DNA of 43,524 nt from Candidatus Heimdallarchaeota archaeon (GTDB taxonomy: Archaea > Asgardarchaeota > Heimdallarchaeia > Heimdallarchaeales > Heimdallarchaeaceae): contig JAEOSZ010000047.1 of NCBI GenBank assembly GCA_016840095.1, positions 1-43,524 on the forward strand, read 5' to 3'. A model generated the notes under the pieces. It ran no database searches and was not told the DNA's origin. It saw only the letters and a program-made list of their open reading frames with translations. The position numbers and the translations under genes were made by a program. Below, in pieces: positions 26,468 to 36,228 of this stretch. Numbering within the stretch: position 1 is the stretch's first letter; the number at the start of each line of letters is the position of its first letter.

Positions 26468-27670
26468 TTGATTATGGCAAAAAAGCAGAAAAGAGATTTC
26501 AATTTTGACACTCTTTGTGTTCATGCTGGACATGATGTATTAGAAACCAATACTATAACTCCCCCAATTTACCAAAGCGTTGCATATCCATTTGAAAGTG
26601 CGGAATATGCAGCTAAATTATTCCGTTATGAGATTGAAGGTTTCATGTATGGGAGAATGGATAATCCAACAAATAAGATGTTTGAAGATAGGTTAGCAGC
26701 TGTTGAACATACAGAGAAAGCCCTTGCAACATCTTCAGGAATGTCAGCAATATTTATTGCTTGTCTACAATTACTCAAAAAGGGTGACGGATTTCTTACT
26801 GCAGGTAAAATATATGGAGGAACAAGCAAACTCTTTTCAGAAACTCTTCCGAAAATGGGTTTTGAACCAATCTTTGTGATGGATCCATCAAACATGGATA
26901 ATTGGTCAGAAGCGATAAGTGAAAAAACTAAATTCTTGTATGTTGAATCTCCTTCCAATCCTAATTTATTTGTAGCTGATATCCCTGCGCTAGCAAAATT
27001 AGCTCATGAAAATAACCTTCCTTTGTTAGTAGATAATACTGTTGCATCTCCCGCTCTTCAACAGCCTGTTAAATTAGGCGCTGACATCATTATTCATTCA
27101 GCAACAAAATATCTGAGTGGTAATTCTTCTTGCATATCAGGAGTTATAGCTGGTTCTGCTGATTATATTGATGAGATAAGAGAAAAGGATTATCGTAATA
27201 TTGGTCCTTCAATAAGTCCATTCAATAGTTGGTTACTATTACTTGGAATGGAAACTTTAAGTCTAAGAATGAAAAAACATAGTGAAAATGCATTAGCATT
27301 TGCTGAATATTTAGAAGACCATCCTAAAGTAGAATCAGTACATTATCCTGGTCTTAAGAGTCATCCTCAACATGAACTAGCGAAAAAACAACTTAGTGGA
27401 TTCAGTTCCTTGCTTTCTTTTGTAACAAAAGGAGAGTTAGAAGATGCGAAGAATGTAATTGATGCATTTGATCTAATAATTCACACAGGACATCTAGGAA
27501 CAACTAAGACATTAGCTACTCATCCTGCTTTCACAACTCATCAACAGCTTACTCAAGAAGAAAGATTAGCTCTAGGAATCCCAGATACAATGATAAGAAT
27601 GTCCATAGGTTTAGAGGATATCAATGATTTAATTGAAGATGTTGATGAAGCTCTCTCCAAAATACGATGA
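26468..27670 (+). CDS. PLP-dependent trans-sulfuration enzyme (methionine gamma-lyase / acylhomoserine sulfhydrylase family)
   Basis: PPIYQS, YGRMDNPT, SSGMSA, ESPSNP, VDNT, HSATKY (PLP lysine), RMSIGLE. Likely start is the ATG at 26474. Confidence 0.93.
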   Translation: MIMAKKQKRDFNFDTLCVHAGHDVLETNTITPPIYQSVAYPFESAEYAAKLFRYEIEGFMYGRMDNPTNKMFEDRLAAVEHTEKALATSSGMSAIFIACLQLLKKGDGFLTAGKIYGGTSKLFSETLPKMGFEPIFVMDPSNMDNWSEAISEKTKFLYVESPSNPNLFVADIPALAKLAHENNLPLLVDNTVASPALQQPVKLGADIIIHSATKYLSGNSSCISGVIAGSADYIDEIREKDYRNIGPSISPFNSWLLLLGMETLSLRMKKHSENALAFAEYLEDHPKVESVHYPGLKSHPQHELAKKQLSGFSSLLSFVTKGELEDAKNVIDAFDLIIHTGHLGTTKTLATHPAFTTHQQLTQEERLALGIPDTMIRMSIGLEDINDLIEDVDEALSKIR

Positions 27671-27685
27671 AGAGAATGGTGAAAA

Positions 27686-28789
27686 TTATGTCTCACCATT
27701 CCATGAAGTAATGAACTCTTTTAGTACTTTGTAGAGATTTTCAAACACCTCTAAAGATGCAATTTCATATCCATGACTATTTTTCCTTACATGACCAAAT
27801 GTTGCTAGTTGATCTGCAAAACCTGTTAATCCAACTGAACTTGCATCACTAGCAGCTCCGCTGAAAATTGCCCTTTGAAGTTCTATTCCTATAGAACTAG
27901 CAGTTGCTGAGAGAGCATCTATTAACCCTTCACTATAAAATTGTCTTCTATCTCTTAACCAAATACCAGGACGTTCATCTAATTCTAATGGTGAGTGTGA
28001 AGCTAAAGGACTACCATCCACTGCAATGAAGTAGGTTGGCTTAATTTTCTGTGCAAGGGTTCTAGCTCCAAAACAGCTTGTTTCTTCCTGAACAGTAAAA
28101 GCTATGATTAAGTCTAACTTTGGTTTTATTCCTTCTTCCTTAATGGCTTTGAGTAATCTTAGAAGAGCAACAGCCCCCATTCTATCATCAAAAGTCCAAG
28201 CAGCTATAAGCGGATTTGTATCATCTCCTAAGATATGAGGACCACACTCTCCACGCAATGGAAGAATTCTTGTTCCAATTATGATTCCAAATTCATCTAA
28301 CTTTTCAGGAGAAAAACCCGTAACAATGTCAACTTCTTCCCATTTTAATTGGGATTCCGACTTCTTGCCGTGACCAGATCCCATAGAAATAATTCCTGTA
28401 ATGCTTTTATTTTTACCAAATATTTCCACTGGTCGTTCTCCATACTTCCATGGAAGGCTACCTCCCACACGTTCAACTTTAAGGGATCCGTCTGAATTAA
28501 TTTTTGAAACCATCAATCCTATCTCATCTATATGAGCTGCTAAACAGCATGAAATATCTGACCGTTCTCCTTGAATTTTTACGAACAGATTACCAGTATG
28601 ATCTTTCTCAGGTGCAAATCCCATTGATTGTATTTTTTGAGAAATGAAATCAGCAATTTTTTCTTCCTTACCAGAAGGAGCAGGAATTATTAACAATTCC
28701 GAGAATAGTGAAATTATTTCTTCTTGATAGTCTTGCATATTTCGAGATGAAACTAGATTTATTAAAATATTTAGGAAAAGAATAAACAA
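27686..28789 (-). CDS. M42 family metallopeptidase (TET/glutamyl aminopeptidase-like)
   Basis: PSGKE, AHIDEIG, DDRMG, VQEE, AVDG and NSHG metal motifs. Likely start is the ATG at 28738. Confidence 0.88.
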   Translation of the reverse strand: MFILFLNILINLVSSRNMQDYQEEIISLFSELLIIPAPSGKEEKIADFISQKIQSMGFAPEKDHTGNLFVKIQGERSDISCCLAAHIDEIGLMVSKINSDGSLKVERVGGSLPWKYGERPVEIFGKNKSITGIISMGSGHGKKSESQLKWEEVDIVTGFSPEKLDEFGIIIGTRILPLRGECGPHILGDDTNPLIAAWTFDDRMGAVALLRLLKAIKEEGIKPKLDLIIAFTVQEETSCFGARTLAQKIKPTYFIAVDGSPLASHSPLELDERPGIWLRDRRQFYSEGLIDALSATASSIGIELQRAIFSGAASDASSVGLTGFADQLATFGHVRKNSHGYEIASLEVFENLYKVLKEFITSWNGET

Positions 28790-28809
28790 TAAAAAAAGAG
28801 GGGAGAAAA

Positions 28810-29391
28810 TTAGAAATCAAAAGCGTTGATTTCATCTAATGTGTTGTAAGTGTTTTCAACAGCTTGTCGAACTTGTTCCTCGGTTTTAGCTCCAGTACAA
28901 ACAAGGTTACCGGATTGGAACAATAGAAGCACAGTTTTAGGTTCAGCAAGCCTGTAAATTAAACCTGGAAATTGCTCTGGTTCATACATAGAATGTTCTA
29001 ACCATAATGCAGCTAATTCAAGATTTATTGTTCTATGATTGAAATGACCAGATGCTACAATGTTTTGAACAATTATTTCTGGTTCTTCAGTTATCTTTGT
29101 TCCTACAGTTCTAAGGATCTTAATCATTTGCTGAACTCCCTCATGAACCATCTGAGTTGATTTAGCACCAGTTAAAACTAGCTTTCCAGAGCTGAAAACA
29201 AGACTTGAAATCTTAGGTTTCTTTATTTTCAATATAAGTCCTGGGAAGGTTTCTGGATTATAACTGACAAATAAATCGTCATCATCGATGAGTGTTTGAT
29301 AAGCTGTAACTAAATCAATTGTGGTAAAAAGATTGATACTTGCTACAACGTTTTGGATCACAATACCATAATCTATTCCTTTTGGTGTCAT
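28810..29391 (-). CDS. tbp: TATA-box-binding protein
   Basis: Two repeats: NVVAS..YNPETFPGL..FSSGKLVLTGAKS and NIVAS..YEPEQFPGL..FQSGNLVCTGAKT. Confidence 0.98.
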   Translation of the reverse strand: MTPKGIDYGIVIQNVVASINLFTTIDLVTAYQTLIDDDDLFVSYNPETFPGLILKIKKPKISSLVFSSGKLVLTGAKSTQMVHEGVQQMIKILRTVGTKITEEPEIIVQNIVASGHFNHRTINLELAALWLEHSMYEPEQFPGLIYRLAEPKTVLLLFQSGNLVCTGAKTEEQVRQAVENTYNTLDEINAFDF

Positions 29392-29554
29392 TTTATCCTA
29401 ACAATCCTTTATATATTGAGGCAACTAATTAACATCTATTTAAAAAGCTTTTTATCATAAGTTTTCTGGAAACCATTTCTGTAGCATCTAGGTGGCTTTT
29501 GCAAGGCTTTTAGAGAAAAACCTTGTTTATAGAGTATTTAAAGGGTTTTTTAAA

Positions 29555-30346
29555 CTACCCCTTGCAATCACATTTAATATCCAATTCAGTTTGAGTTACA
29601 ATATTTTTCATGATTTCTTTGATCGTATCTGTTTTTTCTTTGAAAAGTTCTACGACTTCTTCGTGAGTGATTTTTTCTTGTATCCCTGCACCATAATTTG
29701 TAATAAGACATAGAGTTGAATAACACATTTTCAACTCTCTTGCTAGAATTGCTTCAGGAACAGTAGTCATTCCTACAACTGTTCCACCCATTTTTTGGAA
29801 CATAGTTATTTCTGCTGGTGTTTCAAACCTTGGACCATCTGTACAGACATGCACACCCTTTGTATGCACCATTTCCCCAATATCTTCAACTGCTTTTATG
29901 TACTGTGCCCTCAATTTAGGACAATAGGGATTTGTATAATCTAGATGTACAACACCTTGTCTAGAAGATCCATCTGCAAAATTGATTTTTGTAGTTCCAT
30001 CGAAGAAAGTTAAAGGTCGATGCTTAGTCATATCAATTATTTGGTCAGGAATAACAAAATCTCCTGGATTAAGGCTAGTATCTATTGAACCTACAGCATT
30101 TGTAGCAAAAATTCTGGAAACCCCTACTTCGTGAAGTGCGTAAATGTTTGCTCTATAATTGATTAGATGTGGAGGAACAGAATGTTTAGGTCCATGTCTG
30201 GGTAAGAAATAGATGTCGTATGTTTTATGTTTGGCTTTAGTTAAATTGTCTACTTTCCCATATGGCGTTTTTATTGAAACTTTCTGTGATTTCTTAAATA
30301 ATCCATAAACTCCTGATCCACCTATAATAGCTATTTTGCTTTGCAT
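29555..30346 (-). CDS. mtnP: S-methyl-5'-thioadenosine/inosine phosphorylase
   Basis: IIGGSG, TPYG, PRHG..H..PPH.INYRANI, GPRFETPAE, GMT..PE..LARE motifs. The TNY variant suggests a 6-oxopurine (MTI) preference. Confidence 0.93.
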   Translation of the reverse strand: MQSKIAIIGGSGVYGLFKKSQKVSIKTPYGKVDNLTKAKHKTYDIYFLPRHGPKHSVPPHLINYRANIYALHEVGVSRIFATNAVGSIDTSLNPGDFVIPDQIIDMTKHRPLTFFDGTTKINFADGSSRQGVVHLDYTNPYCPKLRAQYIKAVEDIGEMVHTKGVHVCTDGPRFETPAEITMFQKMGGTVVGMTTVPEAILARELKMCYSTLCLITNYGAGIQEKITHEEVVELFKEKTDTIKEIMKNIVTQTELDIKCDCKG

Positions 30347-30406
30347 TGACTATAAATGCATCATTAGTTAAAAGAGTTTTTCGGCTGAGATGGGCCCAAA
30401 AAGAAA

Positions 30407-32131
30407 CTAATTAAGAGAAACTTCTACTTTATCAATAGATTTCCACTTAACTTCGCAACCTATATGCTGACATATTGCTATTAATGCTTCTTTGAAGTCA
30501 GGAAATTGGACTTTTAAGTCTAATAATGAAGAAGTTTTAACTTCCTGCATATGTTCTTGAACCCTTTCAAAAACTATTGAATGAACTAAACCATAACTAG
30601 CTAAGAAAATTAAATCAAATTCCTGTAGAATCGCTATAACTTCCGTGGAAGCGAGAATTTTATTTGTTTCTTCTGTTGAATATGCATTGAATCTATTATT
30701 TAATTCATTTAGAGTTATACTTGTTCTATTCTCATTAATTTCTCTCCCAATTTCAGTTACTATTGCTTTGAAAACAGGTAGTCTCTCCTCAAAGTCTGAA
30801 TAATGCTGTTCTAATAATCTACTAAGTTCACTATTTGGTATAGTTGTTCCTGTATAGAAAATGTGATTGATTTTTCTCTTTTCTTGAAAATGGGGTTTTA
30901 GATTTTCATCAATCAAGTAGATAATTGGTATATTTACTCTATCTAATTCTTCCATCTGTTTCTTTTTCTTCAGTATATACTTATCAGTATAGAAACCAAC
31001 AATTTCCAAATAGATTGTATTGCTTCCTCTTTGAAGTAGAAAATCAGGAACATACATTTTCTTTCCAATAATTATCGCTTCAGGTTCAGGGATTGCCTTC
31101 CAACCATGATAGTTTCTCCAGGATTTAAGAAATTGATTCTCTACTTTTGAATCTACTTCTGGTCTGTATTTTACAACTTCTTCTTCTTCATCTGTTTTGA
31201 AAGTAGGAAGTAAAGGTAATCTTGAAGAATCAAGTGAAAATAACGCTTTTCTATTTCTTGGTTTAACTACTGCATTAATCTGAAATGAAATTTCTTCTCT
31301 CAAAAGAACTCGCAAAATATAAGTAGCAACATTTGAAATATTCTTACCCCATTTTCCTTGTTCTGTGTAAAGCTCTAATGGTGGATGAATAGTAATTCTG
31401 TAACCATCTTCTTCCAGATTGATATCAGTAAAAACATAATTCTTTTTCGAGAGATAGACAAGTTTCTTGGCTAAATATCCAGGTAATTTTTTTATTGTCA
31501 TCTGAAAATCTATTGAAAAACACAAAATGGTTTCAACAGTGTCATAGTTATAGAATCTGATTAATTCAATTGGGTCTGCAGTCTCATTTTTAAGAAGTAC
31601 TCTCTCAGAATCTATGTCTGCGTATATGAGTTCATCCAAGGAAGCTTCAGGTATTCCCAAATCATCTTCGAATTTTTTAACAACTTCATCTCTTATCTCT
31701 GAAGTAACAAAACCTCCAAGTTTTTTGTTAACCATTCCATATAATTTGGAACGAAACTGAGCTGGTATCATGTTTGCGAATTCACTAGTACTAGATACAC
31801 TTTCAGAAATAAAGGATGAAATATCACTAAAAGTCTTTTTAGGTTCATCTGATTTTGTGATTCCAAGAATATCATCTACAGATTTGGATGAGAAAGAATA
31901 GTATCTTGATGAAGATACATTGAGCGACTTGATTATTTTGAAAGATGGAAAGAAATCTTCTACAATTTCAAAGAGCACATCAGATTTCTTCTTACCTAAG
32001 TTATTTTCAAGGAATTGAATATATGCAAGTGTTTTATTTTTGTCCTCAGTTTGTAGGAAGAATGGAACAAATACTGCATTGTTGCCTGATCCCTTGATTT
32101 CAAACTCAATATCTGACAATGCTATTCTCAT
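30407..32131 (-). CDS. bax1: DUF790 family endonuclease Bax1 (XPB partner)
   Basis: IYAD, YN, DSKVE..F, PEP, VPDF and LEIVGFYT..Y..KK nuclease motifs; overlaps xpb by 1 nt (TAATG). Confidence 0.85.
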   Translation of the reverse strand: MRIALSDIEFEIKGSGNNAVFVPFFLQTEDKNKTLAYIQFLENNLGKKKSDVLFEIVEDFFPSFKIIKSLNVSSSRYYSFSSKSVDDILGITKSDEPKKTFSDISSFISESVSSTSEFANMIPAQFRSKLYGMVNKKLGGFVTSEIRDEVVKKFEDDLGIPEASLDELIYADIDSERVLLKNETADPIELIRFYNYDTVETILCFSIDFQMTIKKLPGYLAKKLVYLSKKNYVFTDINLEEDGYRITIHPPLELYTEQGKWGKNISNVATYILRVLLREEISFQINAVVKPRNRKALFSLDSSRLPLLPTFKTDEEEEVVKYRPEVDSKVENQFLKSWRNYHGWKAIPEPEAIIIGKKMYVPDFLLQRGSNTIYLEIVGFYTDKYILKKKKQMEELDRVNIPIIYLIDENLKPHFQEKRKINHIFYTGTTIPNSELSRLLEQHYSDFEERLPVFKAIVTEIGREINENRTSITLNELNNRFNAYSTEETNKILASTEVIAILQEFDLIFLASYGLVHSIVFERVQEHMQEVKTSSLLDLKVQFPDFKEALIAICQHIGCEVKWKSIDKVEVSLN

Positions 32132-33534
32132 TAAATCACATCACTTTCTTTTCTTCTTCTAACTGTTCCGATTTCCAGACTTTCTGGAGTAACTAGCTCA
32201 TATAGGGTCGCTTTTCCTTCCTTAGGTCTGAGAATTCTACCTAATCGTTGAATAAACTGTCTTGCTTGACTAGTACCGCTGACAATTATACCTACATTTA
32301 CGTTACCACAATCCCAACCCTCATCCAAGACTTTCCCTGTAACTATTTTGGAATAAACACCTCGGCTGAATTTCTGAAGTATATCGCTCCGTTCTGAGCT
32401 TTTGGTTTCATGAGTAATTGCAGGAATTAGGTGTCTTCTACTAATATCGTAAACCATGTCATTAAATTCAGAGAAAATTATTATCTGATCTTCTAAATGA
32501 TCAACCAAAATCTCTTCTATCTTATGTAGTTTTGCTTTTGATGAGAAGACAAGATTTCTAGCATTTCGATGAGCATCTAATGCTTCTTTTGCTTCATGGT
32601 CTTGGTTTACTCTAAAAATGAGATATCTTTCATAATCTTCCGGTGTTCGGATTTGGATGTTTCTTTTTCTCAAATACTCTCTATAAGTTGACATAAGTTT
32701 GTTATATACTTCTCTTTCATCTTCGTCTAATGGAACTTTAATGGTCTTTTGTTCGTACTCTGCAACATAGCCTTTTTCAGATAAATCAGTTACACTAGCA
32801 ACCTTAATTGGTTTTCCTATGAGTTTGTATAATCTCTCCTCACCTTTATCTGAACGATCAGGAGTAGCTGTTAATCCAAGTCGGTAAGCTGAAGGAAGAC
32901 CTTCTAGTACCTTTATTGTTTCTTTTGCTCCTGCATGGTGAGCTTCATCAAGAATTACAAAGTTGAAATTCTTTCTAAGCTGATTTAGATTTAATCTAGC
33001 GCTATCATAAGTTGTTACAGTGATTTCTTTGATTTCCTTTATTTGATCTCCAAGTTGGCCAATTGAATCTCTAGAAAGAGAAGTATATTTTGCTAAATAT
33101 TCAATCCATTGATAAAGTAAATTCTTTGTAGGAACTATGATTATTGTCTTCTGTTTGAGTTTTTCAATTGCTTTTAACGCAATTACAGTTTTACCTGCAG
33201 CCGTTGGAAGAACAATTATCCCTTTTCCTTCATTATCCAAAAATTCAGTTAAAGCTCTTTCTTGATAATCTCTTAGAGATAATTTTACTTTGAATTTATC
33301 AAGATAAACTTGAGAAAGACTGCTGTCTTGCATAATTGAAGATTCAATCACAAACCCTTTCTCTTCTAGCTTGTGCATTATTTTAAAGTAATTTCTTGGA
33401 ACTGCCCTGTACTCATTTTCTTTCTTTGGATTTGCCTTAAGATAAGTTAACAATTCTTTGTCCTCAATCTTCTGACCTACCTCGAGGATTAAATCAAAAG
33501 CTACTCTAAAGAATATCTTAACATTGTTGGGCAT
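32131..33534 (-). CDS. xpb: XPB/Rad25-family superfamily 2 helicase
   Basis: LRDYQ, PTAAGKT, TYDS, DEAH, LGLTATPDRSD, LDEG and QRLGRILR motifs. Confidence 0.93.
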   Translation of the reverse strand: MPNNVKIFFRVAFDLILEVGQKIEDKELLTYLKANPKKENEYRAVPRNYFKIMHKLEEKGFVIESSIMQDSSLSQVYLDKFKVKLSLRDYQERALTEFLDNEGKGIIVLPTAAGKTVIALKAIEKLKQKTIIIVPTKNLLYQWIEYLAKYTSLSRDSIGQLGDQIKEIKEITVTTYDSARLNLNQLRKNFNFVILDEAHHAGAKETIKVLEGLPSAYRLGLTATPDRSDKGEERLYKLIGKPIKVASVTDLSEKGYVAEYEQKTIKVPLDEDEREVYNKLMSTYREYLRKRNIQIRTPEDYERYLIFRVNQDHEAKEALDAHRNARNLVFSSKAKLHKIEEILVDHLEDQIIIFSEFNDMVYDISRRHLIPAITHETKSSERSDILQKFSRGVYSKIVTGKVLDEGWDCGNVNVGIIVSGTSQARQFIQRLGRILRPKEGKATLYELVTPESLEIGTVRRRKESDVI

Positions 33535-33626
33535 AATTCTTCCTCCGTTTTATATACTTGATTTAAATATAAAAATACTATCAATTTAAGGAATTTGAAG
33601 TTTTAAAAAAGAAAAATTGAAAGAAG

Positions 33627-34658
33627 CTAAATTGAAAGCTTCCTAGGGTTGAGATAGAGATTTGATTCACTATCATCAAGTTTTACTTCTGAGTCAGAAA
33701 TTCTCAATTCTTTGAGTGCTTTCTTTATGTTTTTCTTTACTTCTTTAAAGAATCTAAGAGTTGAACTGAATAGAATTAGCATATTGTAGAAAGTTTTATC
33801 TTTAGCTAGTTTTTCTTCAAAAACATCGATTTTGTATTTTCCTCCAATATTCATAAATTGTCCATTTATTCTTGCTACAACTTTGTTATGAATATTTTTT
33901 ACTACCCAATCAGATCCGAATCTAATTCTTTTATCATCAATAACAAATGATTGGAAAATATCATGTTCATCTAAGTAACTAAAACCAAAGACTTGGCCTT
34001 GAAAACGTGGAAAATGAGCTAACTTGCGTATTCTATATAAATTACGAGTATGCTTGAATATACAGACATAAGCTGGACATGGTTCTCCAGTGGCATGAGA
34101 AATGGCAAAACTTTCACCTTGTAGTCTTTCAATACTCCCTCGCCAATAACCACTTGGTGAGAAGAGTTTCATTACAAATCTTCTCTCAAGGTGATCTTCT
34201 TGTTTCCAGAGATTCTCTCTGATTGCGAGCAGACCGTAATCTTCTCCACCAACTTTAACATCTCCAATAGTATCCATATCTCGAGTCCATTGTCTATCTT
34301 TTTGAGCTCTCTGAGCATCTAGTCTGATACCCCACTCCTCCTTGTGCATCTTTGTTCGCCATAAATCAACTTCAATGTTAAGATAGGATATCCGTTTTTC
34401 TTTTTTCTTCTCATCTACAGGTGGAACAGCTGTTACAGGAGTTACGGGTGCTTCTTTAACTACTTCTGGTTCCGGCTCTGGTTCTGGCTTGACTATTTCT
34501 TTTTCTTGTTCTGTAATTTTCTCTTGTTGTTCTTCAATTTCCTCTTGTTGTTCTTCAATTTTCTCTTTTTGTTCTTCAATTTCCTTTTGTAATTCACTCA
34601 TATATTCAGCTTTTTCTTGCTTCTCTTCTTCAATTTGCTTATTTTCTTCAAAAGACAT
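33627..34658 (-). CDS. Hypothetical protein: acidic coiled coil + Pro-Glu linker + Tubby/LURP-one/scramblase-like beta barrel
   Basis: Heptad E/Q/K repeats; PEPEPEPE; IDDKRIRFGSDWVV...VVARINGQFMNIGGKYKIDV followed by a hydrophobic helix. Confidence 0.55.
   Translation of the reverse strand: MSFEENKQIEEEKQEKAEYMSELQKEIEEQKEKIEEQQEEIEEQQEKITEQEKEIVKPEPEPEPEVVKEAPVTPVTAVPPVDEKKKEKRISYLNIEVDLWRTKMHKEEWGIRLDAQRAQKDRQWTRDMDTIGDVKVGGEDYGLLAIRENLWKQEDHLERRFVMKLFSPSGYWRGSIERLQGESFAISHATGEPCPAYVCIFKHTRNLYRIRKLAHFPRFQGQVFGFSYLDEHDIFQSFVIDDKRIRFGSDWVVKNIHNKVVARINGQFMNIGGKYKIDVFEEKLAKDKTFYNMLILFSSTLRFFKEVKKNIKKALKELRISDSEVKLDDSESNLYLNPRKLSI
34494..34587. repeat. Imperfect 21-bp coding tandem repeat (about 4.5 units)
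   Basis: Unit ctcttgttgttcttcaatttt/c; encodes KEIEEQK-EKIEEQQ-EEIEEQQ-EKITEQE. Confidence 0.8.
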
Positions 34659-34750
34659 CTTAATCTACCTTATAACAGTAAATTATCGATTTCAATACTT
34701 TAAACTTTCTGTCTGGTTAAATTAAAAATAATGTTAAATAAAATAAAACA

Positions 34751-35566
34751 CTATTGATTTTCACTCTTTAAAGCTTCAACTAACCAAGGTAGTGTTTCAA
34801 CGACATCTCCTTTGACTCTATAATGGATTAAATGGTCATAGTAAGTTGGAGTCAAATTAAAGATGGCTTTTTTTGTAGAAGGAGGTGGCGCTAATACTAT
34901 ATCTGCCGCAGGAAAAACTCCTAAACTTGTTCCGATCCCAATCGCTATATCACTTTTTACAGCCAGTCTCATAGCTTTACTCATTATAGATGGATCTAAA
35001 AGTTCTTCAAAAAGAACTACTTTAGGTTTAAGTGGTTTTCCACATTTTGGACATTTAGGATATGGGCGAATTTTCAAGTGTTTATCTTCGTTAAGTCCCT
35101 CTTCAAAACCACACTTAATACAGTGCATATACTCTGCATTTCCATGAACTTCGTAGACATCTTTTGAACCTGATTTTATATGTAAACCATCGATATTTTG
35201 TGTTACAATATGAATTTTATCAACACCAAACATTTCTTGAATTTGAGTAACAGAATAATGTGCAACATTAGGTTTAGTATCACCAAAGTTTTCATATAAC
35301 TCTCTGAAAAATTCCCAAACTTTGTCAGGTTTTTTCTTGAATGCTCGGAGAGAAGAAATTTCAAAAGGGTCATACTTGTCCCATAAACCACCAGGAGAAC
35401 GGAAATCTGGTACTCCACTAGGAACACTAATACCTGCTCCACTGAAAATAACTACATTCTCTGCTTCTTTGATGTGTTGAGCAACAGTATTGATGATTTC
35501 AGTTATCGATGTCAAAGGATTCACTTCTACTAATATATTATTGAATAGCTTGTTTATATTTTTCAC
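34751..35566 (-). CDS. cobB: NAD-dependent protein deacylase (Sir2/CobB family)
   Basis: GAGISVPSGVPDFR, TQNIDGLH, HG, two CxxC pairs, VVLFEE and GTSL.V.PAA motifs. Confidence 0.95.
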   Translation of the reverse strand: MKNINKLFNNILVEVNPLTSITEIINTVAQHIKEAENVVIFSGAGISVPSGVPDFRSPGGLWDKYDPFEISSLRAFKKKPDKVWEFFRELYENFGDTKPNVAHYSVTQIQEMFGVDKIHIVTQNIDGLHIKSGSKDVYEVHGNAEYMHCIKCGFEEGLNEDKHLKIRPYPKCPKCGKPLKPKVVLFEELLDPSIMSKAMRLAVKSDIAIGIGTSLGVFPAADIVLAPPPSTKKAIFNLTPTYYDHLIHYRVKGDVVETLPWLVEALKSENQ

Positions 35567-35628
35567 TAGGTTATGAAAGCGTTAAGTCCCCTTCGAAAAG
35601 TTAAATAGGATTATTCTGGAGGGGGCTT

Positions 35629-36225
35629 ATGGAACATCATTTGAGTACACCTATCCCCCCTGAAGAACTTAAGAAGATCAAAATTGGGGATATTGTATAT
35701 GTTACTGGAACTGTTGTAACAGCCCGTGATGAAGCTCATCTCAAAGCTTTAGAATTGCATAAAGAGGGAAAACAACCTCCAGTAGATTTTCAAGGTATAG
35801 GTCTTTTTCATTGTGGTCCAGTAATGAAAAAGAATGAGCAAGGAGAGTGGACTGTCGTAGCAGCAGGTCCAACTACATCAGCTAGAATGGAAATTTTCCA
35901 AGATGAGTTTATTAAAACATTCCATCCAGGGATTATAATTGGTAAAGGGGGAATGGGAGAAAGAACAACCAAAGCATGTCAAGAAGAAACATGTATCTAC
36001 GGATACTTCACTGGTGGAGCAGCATTACTAGCCGCTGATAGAATAACGAAAGTAAAGGATGTTTTTTGGTTTGAAGAATTAGGAATGCCAGAGTGTCTGT
36101 GGGTTTATGAAGTAGAAGACTTTGGACCACTAACAGTTACTATTGATACACATGGTGGAAATCTTACTGATGAATCGAAGAAGAATATAGAAGCAAATAA
36201 AGAAAGGATACTACAGGAGTTGTAA
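35629..36225 (+). CDS. Fe-S hydro-lyase, fumarate hydratase/tartrate dehydratase beta subunit
   Basis: TARDEAH, HCGP, GPTTSARM, IGKGG, GGAA and LGMPE motifs. Confidence 0.95.
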   Translation: MEHHLSTPIPPEELKKIKIGDIVYVTGTVVTARDEAHLKALELHKEGKQPPVDFQGIGLFHCGPVMKKNEQGEWTVVAAGPTTSARMEIFQDEFIKTFHPGIIIGKGGMGERTTKACQEETCIYGYFTGGAALLAADRITKVKDVFWFEELGMPECLWVYEVEDFGPLTVTIDTHGGNLTDESKKNIEANKERILQEL

Positions 36226-36228
36226 AAA

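Noticed and set aside
30407-33534. Helicase + nuclease pair as a novel defence system
   Set aside because: The motifs match the established archaeal XPB-Bax1 (DUF790) repair pair.
34494-34587. Tandem repeat as a CRISPR array
   Set aside because: In-frame 21-bp coding repeats with no spacers and no cas genes.
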